From assembly GCA_964634885.1 (NCBI GenBank), contig CAZWLN010000007.1, positions 1,008 through 65,007 of the forward strand: a stretch of DNA of 64,000 nt. Reading direction: 5' to 3'. Position 1 is the first letter of the stretch. Every line of letters starts with the position of its first letter. The stretch is from an uncultured Hyphomicrobiales bacterium. Its GTDB lineage: Bacteria > Bacteroidota > Ignavibacteria > Kapaibacteriales > UBA2268. The position numbers and the translations under genes are program-made. This document shows positions 22,701 through 32,165 of the stretch, piece by piece. The notes beneath the pieces are model-generated. The model made no database searches, was not told the DNA's origin, and saw nothing but the letters and a program-made list of their open reading frames with translations.

Positions 22701-24251
22701 TGTGAGGGCGACACGCTGGAACTGATTGCAGAAGAAGGCTTCAACAGGTATGAATGGTCAACCGGCGAAAAAACCCGCTCAATTAAAGTAACAGAGGAAG
22801 GCACATACTGGGTAAAAGTCTATGAGGACTATATATTGGTCGGCTTGAACACAACGGAAATTATTGTGGTACAAAAGCCCGCACCTGAGGTCATAGGCGA
22901 TAGTCTGCTTTGTTCTGCCGGTAAGGAAGTTCACTATTCAACGGCCGGTAACCCCATGAATATATATCAATGGTTTACAAAGACCGGTAATATCGTCTCC
23001 GGTGGGAATACACCCGATGTTACACTCAGTTGGGACAGAGGTGGATGGGATACGCTTACCGTGTCGGAAACTCTTGACAGTCTCGGATGTGAAGGATTGT
23101 CAAAGCCATTTTTTGTCTATATCGACACTACTCCTCCCGTAACCATTTCTCATGACAGGCCACTAACGTTCTGCTCCGGCGATTCGGTAATCCTCAGGAT
23201 TGCCGGCGACTATGCCGGCCTGCAATGGAATGACGGCAGCTCAGACGCCTGGCGTACCGTTAAAACATCCGGCAGGTACCTTATAAATGCGCTTAGCAGC
23301 CATGGCTGCCCTTCGGTTGACAGCGTAGATGTGAACGTAATCCCTTCACCCGGCAAACCTGTCATCGTCCAGGTGGACGACACCCTTTTCACTGGCGACT
23401 ATGCAGGATATAAATGGAAACTCAACGGCAGTCCGGTTTCAGGGGCTGCCGGAAAGAAATTTGTTCCCGAATCGGAAGATGTTTACACTGTCGAGGTCAA
23501 TAATGAATTCGGCTGCTCAGACGAATCCGATGCATTCAGTTTCAGGAAAATTACTGCCTATGCAGCTATTTCCATCAGGGCCACAGACCTGAACGACACC
23601 CTGTTCGGCGGTTCCAGCAGGCCGGTGAAAGCTTTGCTGTACCTCGACAGTTCTGCCAACCTGAATAAGTTTCATGCCGAACAATTTACGGCATACATCA
23701 GGTTCAATAAAACACTGCTGCTGCCGGAAGGAGACTTCGTCGGCGTCAGTGAAGACGACGAAGAGCGGGCCATCTTAATCAACGCCATTCGTAACCCGGC
23801 AACGACAGCCGGCATACTTCATGAAATCAATTTCACCGGAGCCCTCGGTGACACTGTCTGCGGTAAAATTTACCTCGATTCGGTGATATGGAAAACCGAC
23901 TCCAAAGTATGGGTCAAAACTACTGACGGCGTTTTCTGCCTGTCGGACTATTGCATAACCAACGGACACATCCGGCTGCTGCTCGTTAAGGAAGACCTGG
24001 TGTTTTACAATCTTCCCAACCCCTTCTCCGACATGACGGAAATTGTTTTCATCCTGAAAGAAAAGCAGCAGTGTAACGTTACGCTGTCTGACTGTTACGG
24101 TAAGCAGATTGCCGTAATCTGCGACGGCAACACGGAAGCAGGCGAGCACAGGAAATTCTTAAACACGGGGCAACTCGCCTCGGGCTTTTATTATATTACC
24201 CTGAGGACACCCACCCGTTTCAGTGTCCTGAAGGCTGAGATAATAAAGTAA
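19797..24251 (+). CDS. Giant T9SS cargo or adhesin. Domain order: signal peptide, SBBP-type beta-propeller repeats, multiple Cys-pair Ig-like domains, Por C-terminal sorting domain.
   Basis: Signal peptide 'AVLLLLLATAFNSYG'. The segment 'YGG.D...G....D....I..G.T.S.DFPV..GAYQ' recurs at least 8 times, which is SBBP beta-propeller-like. At least 7 ~90-aa modules are each bounded by a Cys pair ('FCEGNFVSL...YCRG', 'ICPGESGVL...GCTS'). The C-terminus 'YNLPNPFSDMTEIVFIL...GFYYITLRTPTRFSVLKAEIIK' matches the T9SS CTD consensus. Confidence 0.8.
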   Translation: MLLKKNAMTMRFHNISAVLLLLLATAFNSYGRPSSGTCFTENRGQVTDMNGAPADNVLYTLESSNAKVYFGINTVSYVFRRIAPVGSPLKTIPGNILPVENDSVLVNYHRIDLTFEGSLPGVTVEPLEPAGGYCNVYSPNLPGGACSVRSFRRLRYRNIYPHIDLVFYVSADNNMKYDIIVNPGGSVSDIAMTYKGQEAVELLKGNIIVNCPLGTVTEMKPYTYQHLPGSAVTVKSNPTEVTVASSFNVSNGSIRFDVAGYDKSRALVIDPNVTWSSYYGGIDPDHGYSVTVNGLNEVILVGRTISSNFPVSPGAYQNKITGSYDMYITRMNSDGEIIWTTFYGGTDNEYVNNVCTDKDYNIIVGGWTWSTDFPVSAGAYQTNFAGPENDVVIMKFDSSGMRLWSTFFGGDKTEHLYGLAIDSEDNIIATGWTNSKTFSEAPFATSFNSFQRTNQGVDDVYLLKLNPSGGYVWGTFFGGDSTEEAMSLAVGELDNIYITGSTKSPDFPLAGNVMSPSLQGLRDAFLAQFGSSGNLVYSSYFGSDDNDEGMGICLDPDNNIYITGYTYSKSFPVTKGCIQDSLSGIADAFIMKLNNGKIVQWSTFYGSDEYDYASSIAADRIGNFAITGQTWGNGLPVSPGALSDTLNGITDAFASKFNAADCSLIWGSYYGGENDDIGRYIAADIYDNFYSTGSTSSPDFPAIDPPLQGNYGGNTDAYLMKHCLSEPVTEITPSGALEFCEGNFVSLDGGEGFAAYRWSNGSTDRFVDITESGEFYVTVWDDNYCRGVSKPVRVTVHPLPDIQILGKQMICPGESGVLSSNHDYKSYSWSTGETTKQITVDKENIYELTVIDSFGCTSTTSILVTFYPETYSEVTGPTKVYVSNTQKTYSIKNTNGTDFTWTIVNGTLLSGQNSKKIDVNWDSNADTGFIYLKTENMNTGCISYDTITVVISQLFVPKITTSTGMFHVCEGDTLELIAEEGFNRYEWSTGEKTRSIKVTEEGTYWVKVYEDYILVGLNTTEIIVVQKPAPEVIGDSLLCSAGKEVHYSTAGNPMNIYQWFTKTGNIVSGGNTPDVTLSWDRGGWDTLTVSETLDSLGCEGLSKPFFVYIDTTPPVTISHDRPLTFCSGDSVILRIAGDYAGLQWNDGSSDAWRTVKTSGRYLINALSSHGCPSVDSVDVNVIPSPGKPVIVQVDDTLFTGDYAGYKWKLNGSPVSGAAGKKFVPESEDVYTVEVNNEFGCSDESDAFSFRKITAYAAISIRATDLNDTLFGGSSRPVKALLYLDSSANLNKFHAEQFTAYIRFNKTLLLPEGDFVGVSEDDEERAILINAIRNPATTAGILHEINFTGALGDTVCGKIYLDSVIWKTDSKVWVKTTDGVFCLSDYCITNGHIRLLLVKEDLVFYNLPNPFSDMTEIVFILKEKQQCNVTLSDCYGKQIAVICDGNTEAGEHRKFLNTGQLASGFYYITLRTPTRFSVLKAEIIK

Positions 24252-24348
24252 TAAATATTATAGCACTTTTTGGAAACATTTTTGTAATTTTTGCGTACAA
24301 TGATAATGATGTTAGAGATATTGATAATTGATAGCGTTTTTTGAATAG

Positions 24349-26238
24349 ATGATGAAAAAAATATTTGTAATTCTGATAATAATTGCCTTAGCAGCATGCT
24401 CGGAAGAAGGCGGACAACGCCTCGGACAGGTTGAAGCCAATATTTCACTGAAAGATTTTTTCCGTAACCCTGACAAGTCGGATGTGAAGATTTCTCCCGA
24501 CGGCAGCCATATTTCATACCTGGCGCCATACAAGAACCGCCTCAACGTTTTCGTTCAGGAAATCGGCAAAGACACAGCCGTCAGGATTACTTCAGAGACC
24601 GCACGGGACATCAACAACTATCTCTGGGCCGGCAACAACAAGATACTCTACCAGAAAGACAACGCAGGAGACGAGAACTTCAGCATCTTTGCCGCGAACA
24701 TCGACGGCAGCGGAAGTAAAGCGCTCGTCAGCCAGAAAGATGCGTGTGCGCTTTTCGTTGACGGCATGGTTTACGACGATGAAATCCTGATTGCTTTGAA
24801 CAAACGCGACCCAAAACTCGATGATGTTTTCAGGGTTAACATCAACACGGGCCGGATGAAATCAGCCGCCGTCAATCCCGGCAACATACAACGCTTCGTT
24901 CCGGACCATGACGGCAGGATCAGGATGGCTTTCGGCGCCGACAGCTGCAATTCGGTACTGTATTACAGAGACAATGAGAACCAGCAGTTCAGGAAAGTCC
25001 TCAATATCAATTATAACGATATTTTCATCCCCATGATTTTTACAGGCGACAACAAAAGAATCATCGCCTCTTCCAATCTCGGACGCGACAAACAGGCAAT
25101 AGTCGAATTCGACCCCGTCACTTCCAGGGAAGCGAAAGTAATATACCAGAATCCCGACTACGACGCAGCCATGCTGCTCTATTCTTTCTCCCGCAGGACA
25201 ACGCTGGCCGTGCAATATACATCCTGGAAGAAAGAGTATTACATCACTGATAACGCTTTCAAAAACATATACTCCAAGCTCGACAAGCTGCTCGGCGACT
25301 ATGAAATCGTGATTGCCGACTTCAGCTTAGACGAAAAGAAGTTCATCATCCGTACATACAGCGACAAATCCCTCGGGGCCTACTACCTCTGGGATGAGGG
25401 TACCGGCAAGCTCGACATCATCTGCGAAGTCAGCCCCTGGATCAATGAAAACTCCCTCTCCGACATGAAGCCTATTGAGTATATGTCCCGCGACAGCCTC
25501 GTCATTCACGGCTATCTTACCATTCCCAAAGGCAGGGAAGCGAAGAACCTGCCGGTAGTCGTCAGGATTCACGGCGGCCCCTGGGCTCGCGACACCTGGG
25601 GATTCAACCCGGAAGCGCAATTCCTTGCCAGCCGCGGCTATGCCGTATTCCAGATGAATTTCCGGGGCTCCGTAGGCTACGGCCGCAAATTCTGGGAAGC
25701 GTCCTTCCGCCAGTGGGGCCTAAAAATGGCCGACGACGTAACCGACGGTGTCAACTGGCTCATCAGCGAGGGAATTGCCGACCCGAATAGAATCGCCGTG
25801 TACGGCTCCAGTTTCGGCGGCTACCAGGCGCTCGTCTCGCTGGTCAGGGAACCGCAGCTTTACGCCTGCGGCATCAGCTATGTAGGCATTTCCAACCTCT
25901 TTACTTTCACAAAGTCAATGCCCCCGTCGTGGATGCTTGTCCGTAACAAGATCTACGCCATGGTAGGCAATCCCGTTACCGACAGCGCCCAGTTCTACGC
26001 CACCTCGCCCGTATTCCACACCGACAGGATACGCGTACCGGTATTCATCGCACAGGGCGCCAACGACACCCGCGTGAAGCAGGCCGAAGCGGAGCAAATG
26101 GTGGCAGCGCTGAAGAAGCGCGGCATACCCGTCAGGTATATGCTCAAAAACGATGAAGGCCACGGTTTCATGAAAGAAGAGAACCGCTTCGACTTCTACC
26201 ACACAATGGAAGAGTTCCTCGCTGAACACCTGAAGTAA
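24349..26238 (+). CDS. S9-family serine peptidase (prolyl oligopeptidase/dipeptidyl peptidase-like) lipoprotein
   Basis: Lipoprotein signal 'IIALAACSEEGG'. An N-terminal beta-propeller-like region is followed by an alpha/beta hydrolase with the nucleophile elbow 'YGSSFGGY' and C-terminal 'NDEGHGF'. Confidence 0.85.
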   Translation: MMKKIFVILIIIALAACSEEGGQRLGQVEANISLKDFFRNPDKSDVKISPDGSHISYLAPYKNRLNVFVQEIGKDTAVRITSETARDINNYLWAGNNKILYQKDNAGDENFSIFAANIDGSGSKALVSQKDACALFVDGMVYDDEILIALNKRDPKLDDVFRVNINTGRMKSAAVNPGNIQRFVPDHDGRIRMAFGADSCNSVLYYRDNENQQFRKVLNINYNDIFIPMIFTGDNKRIIASSNLGRDKQAIVEFDPVTSREAKVIYQNPDYDAAMLLYSFSRRTTLAVQYTSWKKEYYITDNAFKNIYSKLDKLLGDYEIVIADFSLDEKKFIIRTYSDKSLGAYYLWDEGTGKLDIICEVSPWINENSLSDMKPIEYMSRDSLVIHGYLTIPKGREAKNLPVVVRIHGGPWARDTWGFNPEAQFLASRGYAVFQMNFRGSVGYGRKFWEASFRQWGLKMADDVTDGVNWLISEGIADPNRIAVYGSSFGGYQALVSLVREPQLYACGISYVGISNLFTFTKSMPPSWMLVRNKIYAMVGNPVTDSAQFYATSPVFHTDRIRVPVFIAQGANDTRVKQAEAEQMVAALKKRGIPVRYMLKNDEGHGFMKEENRFDFYHTMEEFLAEHLK

Positions 26239-26320
26239 CTCTCAATTTTTTACACTATTCTTCCCCCTTTTAAGTCTCATTTCTTCGTTTGAGATTTGTT
26301 TGACAATTATTTCGGTTACT

Positions 26321-28753
26321 ATGAAAATGAGAATCGGCAGATATGCACTGGCTGCGGCCCTTTGCTTCGTCGCTACGCTGAATACGGCGGCGGCACAGGA
26401 AAAACTGAATTATATGACGCCCCCGAAGGCGATGATAGAAATCGTCGATGCGCCACAACTCCCGGCACAGTCCGTGTCCCCCGACAAGAATTATATAATG
26501 CTGCTCGACAAGCCCCTGCATCCCTCCATCGAGGAACTGTCGCGGCCCGAGCTGAAGCTCGCCGGGCTGCGCTTCGACCCTGAGAAATACGGCCCTTCCC
26601 GGCCCTACAATTACAGGGGAATGACGCTAAAAAACCTCGCTACCCTCGACGAGAAAACCGTAACAGGCCTGCCCCTGAAGCCGGAGATTGCCTGGGTTGC
26701 CTGGTCGCCCGATTCAAAGAAAGCAGCCTTCACACTCCTCCAGAACGGCCATTACGAATTGTGGCTGCTGGACGTCGCTTCCGCCTCTGCCAAAAGGCTT
26801 ACCGCCCTCGAACTCAACGCAATTCAGGGTATGTCCTACACATGGCTGTCAGACAGTAAAACACTGCTTGTCAGGGCTAAGCCCGAAACAAAGGGCATAC
26901 TGCCCGTTGAAAACAGTATCCCTTCAGGCCCCGTCGTCAGCATCTCTGACGGCAGGCCCGCTCCCGTAAAGACATACCAGGACCTGCTGAAAACACCCTA
27001 CGATGAGCAGCTCTTCGACTATTACCTGCAGTCGCAGCTATACAAGGTTACAACTGACGGTGCTGCCGAAAAATTCCCCGTCAGCGGAATCATCAGGGCT
27101 TTCAGGCCTTCACCCGACGGCGCCTGGGCGCTCATCGAGACAATCCAAAAACCTTATTCGTACCTCGTACCGTGGGACCGCTTCCCTTACAAAGTGGAAT
27201 TGTACCCCACCGGCGGCGGCCAGCCTGTAAAAATTGAAGATGTACCGCTAGGAGAAAACATACCCAAGGGATTCAACGCCGTCAGGACCGGCAGGCGCGA
27301 ATTCACATGGCGTTCCGACGCCGACGCCGAACTGTACTGGGTGGAAGCCCGGGACGACGGAGACCCCGAAACCAAAACCGAAGTAAGGGACAGGATATTC
27401 TGCCTCAAAGCCCCTTTCACCGGTGAAGCGCTACCGGTTACCGACCTGAAATTCCGGTTCGGCTCCATTCTCTGGGGCTCGGGCAAAACGGCAGTCGTCA
27501 CTGAGGAATGGTGGAAAACACGCAAGGAATTCGTCTATACCTTCGCTCCGGACAGCGTCGGCGCTACGATAATCGCAAAGAACAGGGTGTTCGAACTGAA
27601 CACCGAAGACAGCTACGCCGACCCCGGCAATTTCGCGACGAGACTCAACGACAGAGGCTTTCCCGTTCTGCTGATGGGCAGCGACCCGAATATCCTCTTC
27701 CTGACTGGCGAAGGCGCCTCCCCTGCCGGCAATGTCCCGTTCATCGCAATGATGAACCTGAAGGACAACGCCAGGATAAATATCTGGGAATCAGAAGCCC
27801 CCTGGTACGAGACTCCCGTCAATATACTCGACATCGGCAAGAAGCTGATAATTACCCGCAGGGAATCGATTGAAGAGCCGCCGAATTATTACATCAGGGA
27901 CATCGGGGCCAAAAAGCTGACTAAGCTCACAAAATTCACCCACCCCTACCCCGGGTTGAAGAATGTCCGGAAAAAAGTATTGAAATACAAGAGGAGCGAC
28001 GGCGTTGACCTTACTGCCGACCTCTATCTCCCCCCCAATTACAAAGAAGGCAAAAGGCTCCCGGTGCTCGTCTGGGCCTATCCCAACGAATACAAGAGCA
28101 AGAACGCTGCCGGCCAGGTAAGGGAATCGCCCTACACTTTCATGCGCATTGGCGCACTGTCTCCGTTGTACTGGCTCACACAGGGCTATGCCGTTCTCGA
28201 CGATCCGTCCATGCCCATCGTCGGCGAAGGTAAAGCCGAACCCAACGACAGCTATATTAAACAATTGAAAGACGACGCCGAGGCTGCCGTCCGCCATATC
28301 GTGAAGCTCGGAATCGCCGACAGCAACAGGATTGCCGTCGGAGGCCATTCCTACGGCGCATTCATGGCCGCCAACCTCCTCGCCCACACAGACCTGTTTG
28401 CAGCCGGCATCGCCCGCAGCGGAGCCTACAACAGGACTCTGACACCCTTCGGTTTCCAGTCCGAGGAACGTACTTTCTGGGAAGCTCCGGTGCAGTACAT
28501 CGAGATGTCCCCGTTCATGTTCGCCGACCGGATCAAGGAACCGCTCCTGCTCATCCACGGCGAAGAAGACAGCAACACCGGTACTTTCCCGATGCAGAGC
28601 GAACGCTTCTTTGCAGCCCTGAAAGGCCACGGGGCAATAGCCCGGCTGGTGCTGCTGCCGGAGGAAAGCCACGGATACAGCGCCAGGGAATCGATTCTGC
28701 ACACTCTCTGGGAAATGAACGAATGGCTCGGGAAATATTTAAAAAACAATTAA
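26321..28753 (+). CDS. S9-family serine peptidase (second, larger paralog)
   Basis: Signal peptide 'MKMRIGRYALAAALCFVATLNTAAAQ'. Catalytic region 'GGHSYGAFMAANLLAHTDLFAAGIARSGAYNRTLT...IHGEEDSNTGT...ESHGY' is typical of S9 peptidases. Confidence 0.8.
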   Translation: MKMRIGRYALAAALCFVATLNTAAAQEKLNYMTPPKAMIEIVDAPQLPAQSVSPDKNYIMLLDKPLHPSIEELSRPELKLAGLRFDPEKYGPSRPYNYRGMTLKNLATLDEKTVTGLPLKPEIAWVAWSPDSKKAAFTLLQNGHYELWLLDVASASAKRLTALELNAIQGMSYTWLSDSKTLLVRAKPETKGILPVENSIPSGPVVSISDGRPAPVKTYQDLLKTPYDEQLFDYYLQSQLYKVTTDGAAEKFPVSGIIRAFRPSPDGAWALIETIQKPYSYLVPWDRFPYKVELYPTGGGQPVKIEDVPLGENIPKGFNAVRTGRREFTWRSDADAELYWVEARDDGDPETKTEVRDRIFCLKAPFTGEALPVTDLKFRFGSILWGSGKTAVVTEEWWKTRKEFVYTFAPDSVGATIIAKNRVFELNTEDSYADPGNFATRLNDRGFPVLLMGSDPNILFLTGEGASPAGNVPFIAMMNLKDNARINIWESEAPWYETPVNILDIGKKLIITRRESIEEPPNYYIRDIGAKKLTKLTKFTHPYPGLKNVRKKVLKYKRSDGVDLTADLYLPPNYKEGKRLPVLVWAYPNEYKSKNAAGQVRESPYTFMRIGALSPLYWLTQGYAVLDDPSMPIVGEGKAEPNDSYIKQLKDDAEAAVRHIVKLGIADSNRIAVGGHSYGAFMAANLLAHTDLFAAGIARSGAYNRTLTPFGFQSEERTFWEAPVQYIEMSPFMFADRIKEPLLLIHGEEDSNTGTFPMQSERFFAALKGHGAIARLVLLPEESHGYSARESILHTLWEMNEWLGKYLKNN

Positions 28754-28828
28754 TAATTATATAATAAATTCTATCCTGTTCGTTATTAGACAAATAATTA
28801 ATTATTGTTAATTAATTAGATATAACTA

Positions 28829-30961
28829 ATGGATGAAACCAACAGGAAGCCTAACAGGCTGATAAACGAAAAAAGCCCATACCTGCTGCAGCACGCTTAC
28901 AATCCCGTGGACTGGCATCCCTGGGGCGACGAAGCCTTCGGGAAAGCCCGCAGTGAGAATAAACCCGTATTCCTGTCTATAGGATACTCGACCTGCCACT
29001 GGTGCCATGTGATGGAGCACGAGTCGTTCATGGACGACGAAGTTGCAGCATTGCTCAACAAATATTTTATCTGCATCAAAGTGGACCGTGAGGAACGGCC
29101 CGACATAGACTCTGTCTATATGAACGTATGCCAGATGCTCACCGGCAGCGGCGGCTGGCCTTTGACGCTGGCTCTCACTGCCGACAGGAAGCCGTTTTAC
29201 GCCTCCACATACATCCCGAAAAACTCGGCTTACGGACGGATTGGCCTGATGGAACTGCTGCCGAGAATTGTCAGGATATGGACAGAAAACAAAATGACCC
29301 TGGTGCAGACTTCCAACGATATTACCGAAAAAATCGAACAATCGGCCCAGGAACCGGGCACAGCAGAACCGGGCGGGGAGATTTTCACAAGGACATACAA
29401 CAAGCTTGCCACCGCTTTTGACAATCAATACGCCGGGTTCGGCCAGGCTCCCAAATTCCCGATGCCGCACCAGTTAACATTTCTCCTCAGGTATTATCAG
29501 TCAGAAAAAGCTGAACCGGCCCTTACGATGGTCCTGAGAACCCTCGAAGCCATGAGGTACGGGGGCATCTACGACCAGGCGGGCGGTGGTTTCCACCGCT
29601 ATTCAACGGACGCGGGCTGGCTGGTTCCGCACTTTGAGAAAATGCTCTACGACCAGGCCCTGTTAACCATTGCTTATACTGAAGCATACCAGGTCAAGCC
29701 CGGAGACATATTGGAGGAGACGGTTCATGAAACTGTCGGCTATGTGTTGAGAGACCTCGCCCACCCGGACGGAGCATTCTATTCCGCTGAGGACGCCGAC
29801 AGCGATGGCATAGAAGGGAAATTCTACCTCTGGACCAAAGGTGAAATCGACTCGATCATCGAGGATAAAGACTTCCTTTGTAAAGCATTTTCAATTCAAG
29901 AGGAGGGCAATTTCCAGGACCCTGCCGGGCACAGCCTCGAAGCCGGCAACATCCTCCATTTTTCCGCTCCTGTCGCAGAATTGGCCCGACAGGCAGGACT
30001 CAGCCCCGGGGAATTCAAGGACAGGCTTGCACCGTCTCTAAGTCAATTGTTCATGGCAAGAGAAAAGCGTGTCCGTCCGTTCAGGGACGACAAGATACTC
30101 ACCGACTGGAACGGGCTGATGATTGCTGCTCTTTCGAAGGCAGCAGCAGTTTTCGACAGGCCGGACTATCTCCGGAGCGCCGAAAAAGCGTGGTCTTTCA
30201 TCGGAAACAACCTGACACTACCTGACGGCAGGCTGCTGCACCGTTTCCGCGACGGCGAAGCCTCCGGATACGCAGGCCTTGACGATTACGCTTTCATGAT
30301 CTGGGGTTTACTGGAATTGTATGAAGCTTCGTTTAACCCGGCCTTTCTTGAGGACGCCGTTAAGGCTGCGAACCTAATGATCGGGGACTATTACGACGAG
30401 GAAAACGGCGGATTCTTCCTTACTTCGAACAAAGGCGAGCAACTGATTGCAAGGCCGAAGGAACTGTACGACGGAGCCGTCCCTTCCGGCAATTCTGTTG
30501 CACTCATGAGCCTGATACGCCTGCAAAGAATCACATCCGATGAAGGATACCGGGAAGTAATAGACAGTACAATACGCCTTTTTACCAGTGCAGTTGACAA
30601 TTACCCCCGGGGCTACACCCAGTTTCTCAATGCTTTTTATTATTTTACATCCGGTTCCGTCGAAATTGTAATCTGTGGTGAAAGCTGCGACGAGCAGACC
30701 AAAAAGATGATTGGCATCGCCAGGTCCGGATTCGTCCCAAACAGGGCAATATTACTACAAACAAGCGCCAATGCGGAGCGCCTTGCTGCCATCGCACCCT
30801 ACACAAAGACGATGAGTCCGTCTGAAGGCAGGCCAAGAGCCTATGTCTGCCGCAACTTCACATGCTCACAACCTGTCAGCGACGCAGACGGGCTGGCTGC
30901 GTTGATGTCTGAACCATCGCGAATGCATAATTACGAATTACGAATTACGAATTACGAATGA
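28829..30961 (+). CDS. Thioredoxin-domain protein, DUF255/YyaL family (N-terminal Trx-like plus six-hairpin glycosidase-like domain)
   Basis: The N-terminus '[52 protein letters not shown]' is the classic DUF255 signature. The last ~10 codons ('[10 protein letters not shown]') are encoded by a tandem 7-bp repeat. Confidence 0.9.
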   Translation: MDETNRKPNRLINEKSPYLLQHAYNPVDWHPWGDEAFGKARSENKPVFLSIGYSTCHWCHVMEHESFMDDEVAALLNKYFICIKVDREERPDIDSVYMNVCQMLTGSGGWPLTLALTADRKPFYASTYIPKNSAYGRIGLMELLPRIVRIWTENKMTLVQTSNDITEKIEQSAQEPGTAEPGGEIFTRTYNKLATAFDNQYAGFGQAPKFPMPHQLTFLLRYYQSEKAEPALTMVLRTLEAMRYGGIYDQAGGGFHRYSTDAGWLVPHFEKMLYDQALLTIAYTEAYQVKPGDILEETVHETVGYVLRDLAHPDGAFYSAEDADSDGIEGKFYLWTKGEIDSIIEDKDFLCKAFSIQEEGNFQDPAGHSLEAGNILHFSAPVAELARQAGLSPGEFKDRLAPSLSQLFMAREKRVRPFRDDKILTDWNGLMIAALSKAAAVFDRPDYLRSAEKAWSFIGNNLTLPDGRLLHRFRDGEASGYAGLDDYAFMIWGLLELYEASFNPAFLEDAVKAANLMIGDYYDEENGGFFLTSNKGEQLIARPKELYDGAVPSGNSVALMSLIRLQRITSDEGYREVIDSTIRLFTSAVDNYPRGYTQFLNAFYYFTSGSVEIVICGESCDEQTKKMIGIARSGFVPNRAILLQTSANAERLAAIAPYTKTMSPSEGRPRAYVCRNFTCSQPVSDADGLAALMSEPSRMHNYELRITNYE
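30929..30959. repeat. Tandem heptamer repeat (aattacg/attacga), ~4.4 copies. It is followed by related AT-rich heptamer-like units ('aaaatgaaaaattaagaattaagaatgc') up to ~30995.
   Basis: The string 'aattacgaattacgaattacgaattacgaatg' is read directly. A near-identical block, 'ggaattacgaattacaaatgaaaaatgaaaaatgaaaaaataagaatgaagaatgc', recurs at 32287-32345. Confidence 0.9.
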
Positions 30962-30995
30962 AAAATGAAAAATTAAGAATTAAGAATGCTGAACC

Positions 30996-31330
30996 GGAGC
31001 GGCTTTTCCCCCACCTTGGATAAGGAGGGGGTGGGGGGCGGTTGGACTTTCCGCGTTTTGGGTTATCTAATGCACAATCCGGGATAAACCTATTCTTTGC
31101 GCCTTTGCGAGCTTTGCGTGAGATAATTCTTCCTCCCAAATACTCTTCCTTTGCGGGCTTTGCGCCTTTGCGTGAGATATTTCTTCTTCAGTCCGCAAGG
31201 TTAATCCATTGTATATTATAGTTATTATAAAGTTCTATATTCTTCATTAGCAATATATTTTTTTAAATTTGTAACTAAACTTATTTAGTAATCGTTAATA
31301 TCATTTTAAATATTTTGTTTAATTAACAGG
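30996..31330. repeat. Cluster of GC-rich interspersed repeat modules. Contents: 'ccaccttggataaggagggggtggggggcgg' and two copies of 'ctttgcg(g/a)gctttgcg(cc)tttgcgtgagata(a/t)ttcttc'.
   Basis: The first module recurs inverted at 39585-39640 and in a variant at 35148-35200. The 'ctttgcgggctttgcgcctttgcgtgagatatttctt' module recurs at 39530-39568. Confidence 0.8.
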
Positions 31331-31337
31331 AAAGATT

Positions 31338-32147
31338 ATGGCAGAGAAGAATTTATATGCATTAATACTCGGCGTGTCCAGCGGTTTCGGCAAAGCCACC
31401 GCAATCGAACTCGCAAAACTCGGCTATAATATTTACGGGGTCCATCTCGACAGGGCTTCTAATATGGCAAGTGTCAACAAAACTAAAGAGGAAATCGAAA
31501 GCATCGGGACAAAAGTCCGCTTTTTCAATGTCAACGCTGCCGACGACGATAAACGAAAAGAAGTGATTGAAGAAATAAAGGCTGATTTTGCCAACCAGAA
31601 CTCACCCCACCTCAAAGTGGTACTCCATTCCCTGGCGTTCGGCGCCCTGGGCCCGCTCATCGGCAGGAAGCCCGAAGAGGCGCTCAACAAGAAAAAGATT
31701 GAAATGACGGTTAACGTAATGGCAAACAGCCTCGTTTACTGGGCACAGGACCTGTTCCACAACGGATTGCTTAAAGAAAACAGCCGCATCTATGCCATGA
31801 CAAGCAACGGCTCACAAAAGGTCATGCATAACTACGGGGCTGTCGGCGCCGCAAAATCCGCCCTCGAAGCATACATCAGGTACCTGTCGATTGAACTGGG
31901 TAAATACAAAATTACAGCAAACTCGATAATGGCAGGTTTTACGGATACCCCCGCCGCAAAAGTCATTCCCGGCTTCGACGAGAACCTCGTGCTGGCACGT
32001 AAACTCAATCCCCAGCACCGTAACACCGAACCGGAAGACGTTGCAAGGATGATTGCCCTGCTCCAGGACGACCGCTCCGGTTGGATTACCGGCCAGGTCA
32101 TCGGCGTGGACGGCGGCGAAGGCCTGGTAGTGTTTACAGAGAAATAA
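31338..32147 (+). CDS. SDR-family enoyl-[acyl-carrier-protein] reductase-like protein (FabI/FabL-like)
   Basis: Gly-rich NAD(P)-binding N-terminus 'ILGVSSGFGKATAIELAKLGYNIYGV'. Active-site Tyr-x6-Lys 'HNYGAVGAAKSALEAYIRYLS' resembles the FabI 'YNVMGxAKAxLEAxVRYLA' region. The length is ~269 aa. Confidence 0.55.
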   Translation: MAEKNLYALILGVSSGFGKATAIELAKLGYNIYGVHLDRASNMASVNKTKEEIESIGTKVRFFNVNAADDDKRKEVIEEIKADFANQNSPHLKVVLHSLAFGALGPLIGRKPEEALNKKKIEMTVNVMANSLVYWAQDLFHNGLLKENSRIYAMTSNGSQKVMHNYGAVGAAKSALEAYIRYLSIELGKYKITANSIMAGFTDTPAAKVIPGFDENLVLARKLNPQHRNTEPEDVARMIALLQDDRSGWITGQVIGVDGGEGLVVFTEK

Positions 32148-32165
32148 GCCGAATTTGAGAAACCT

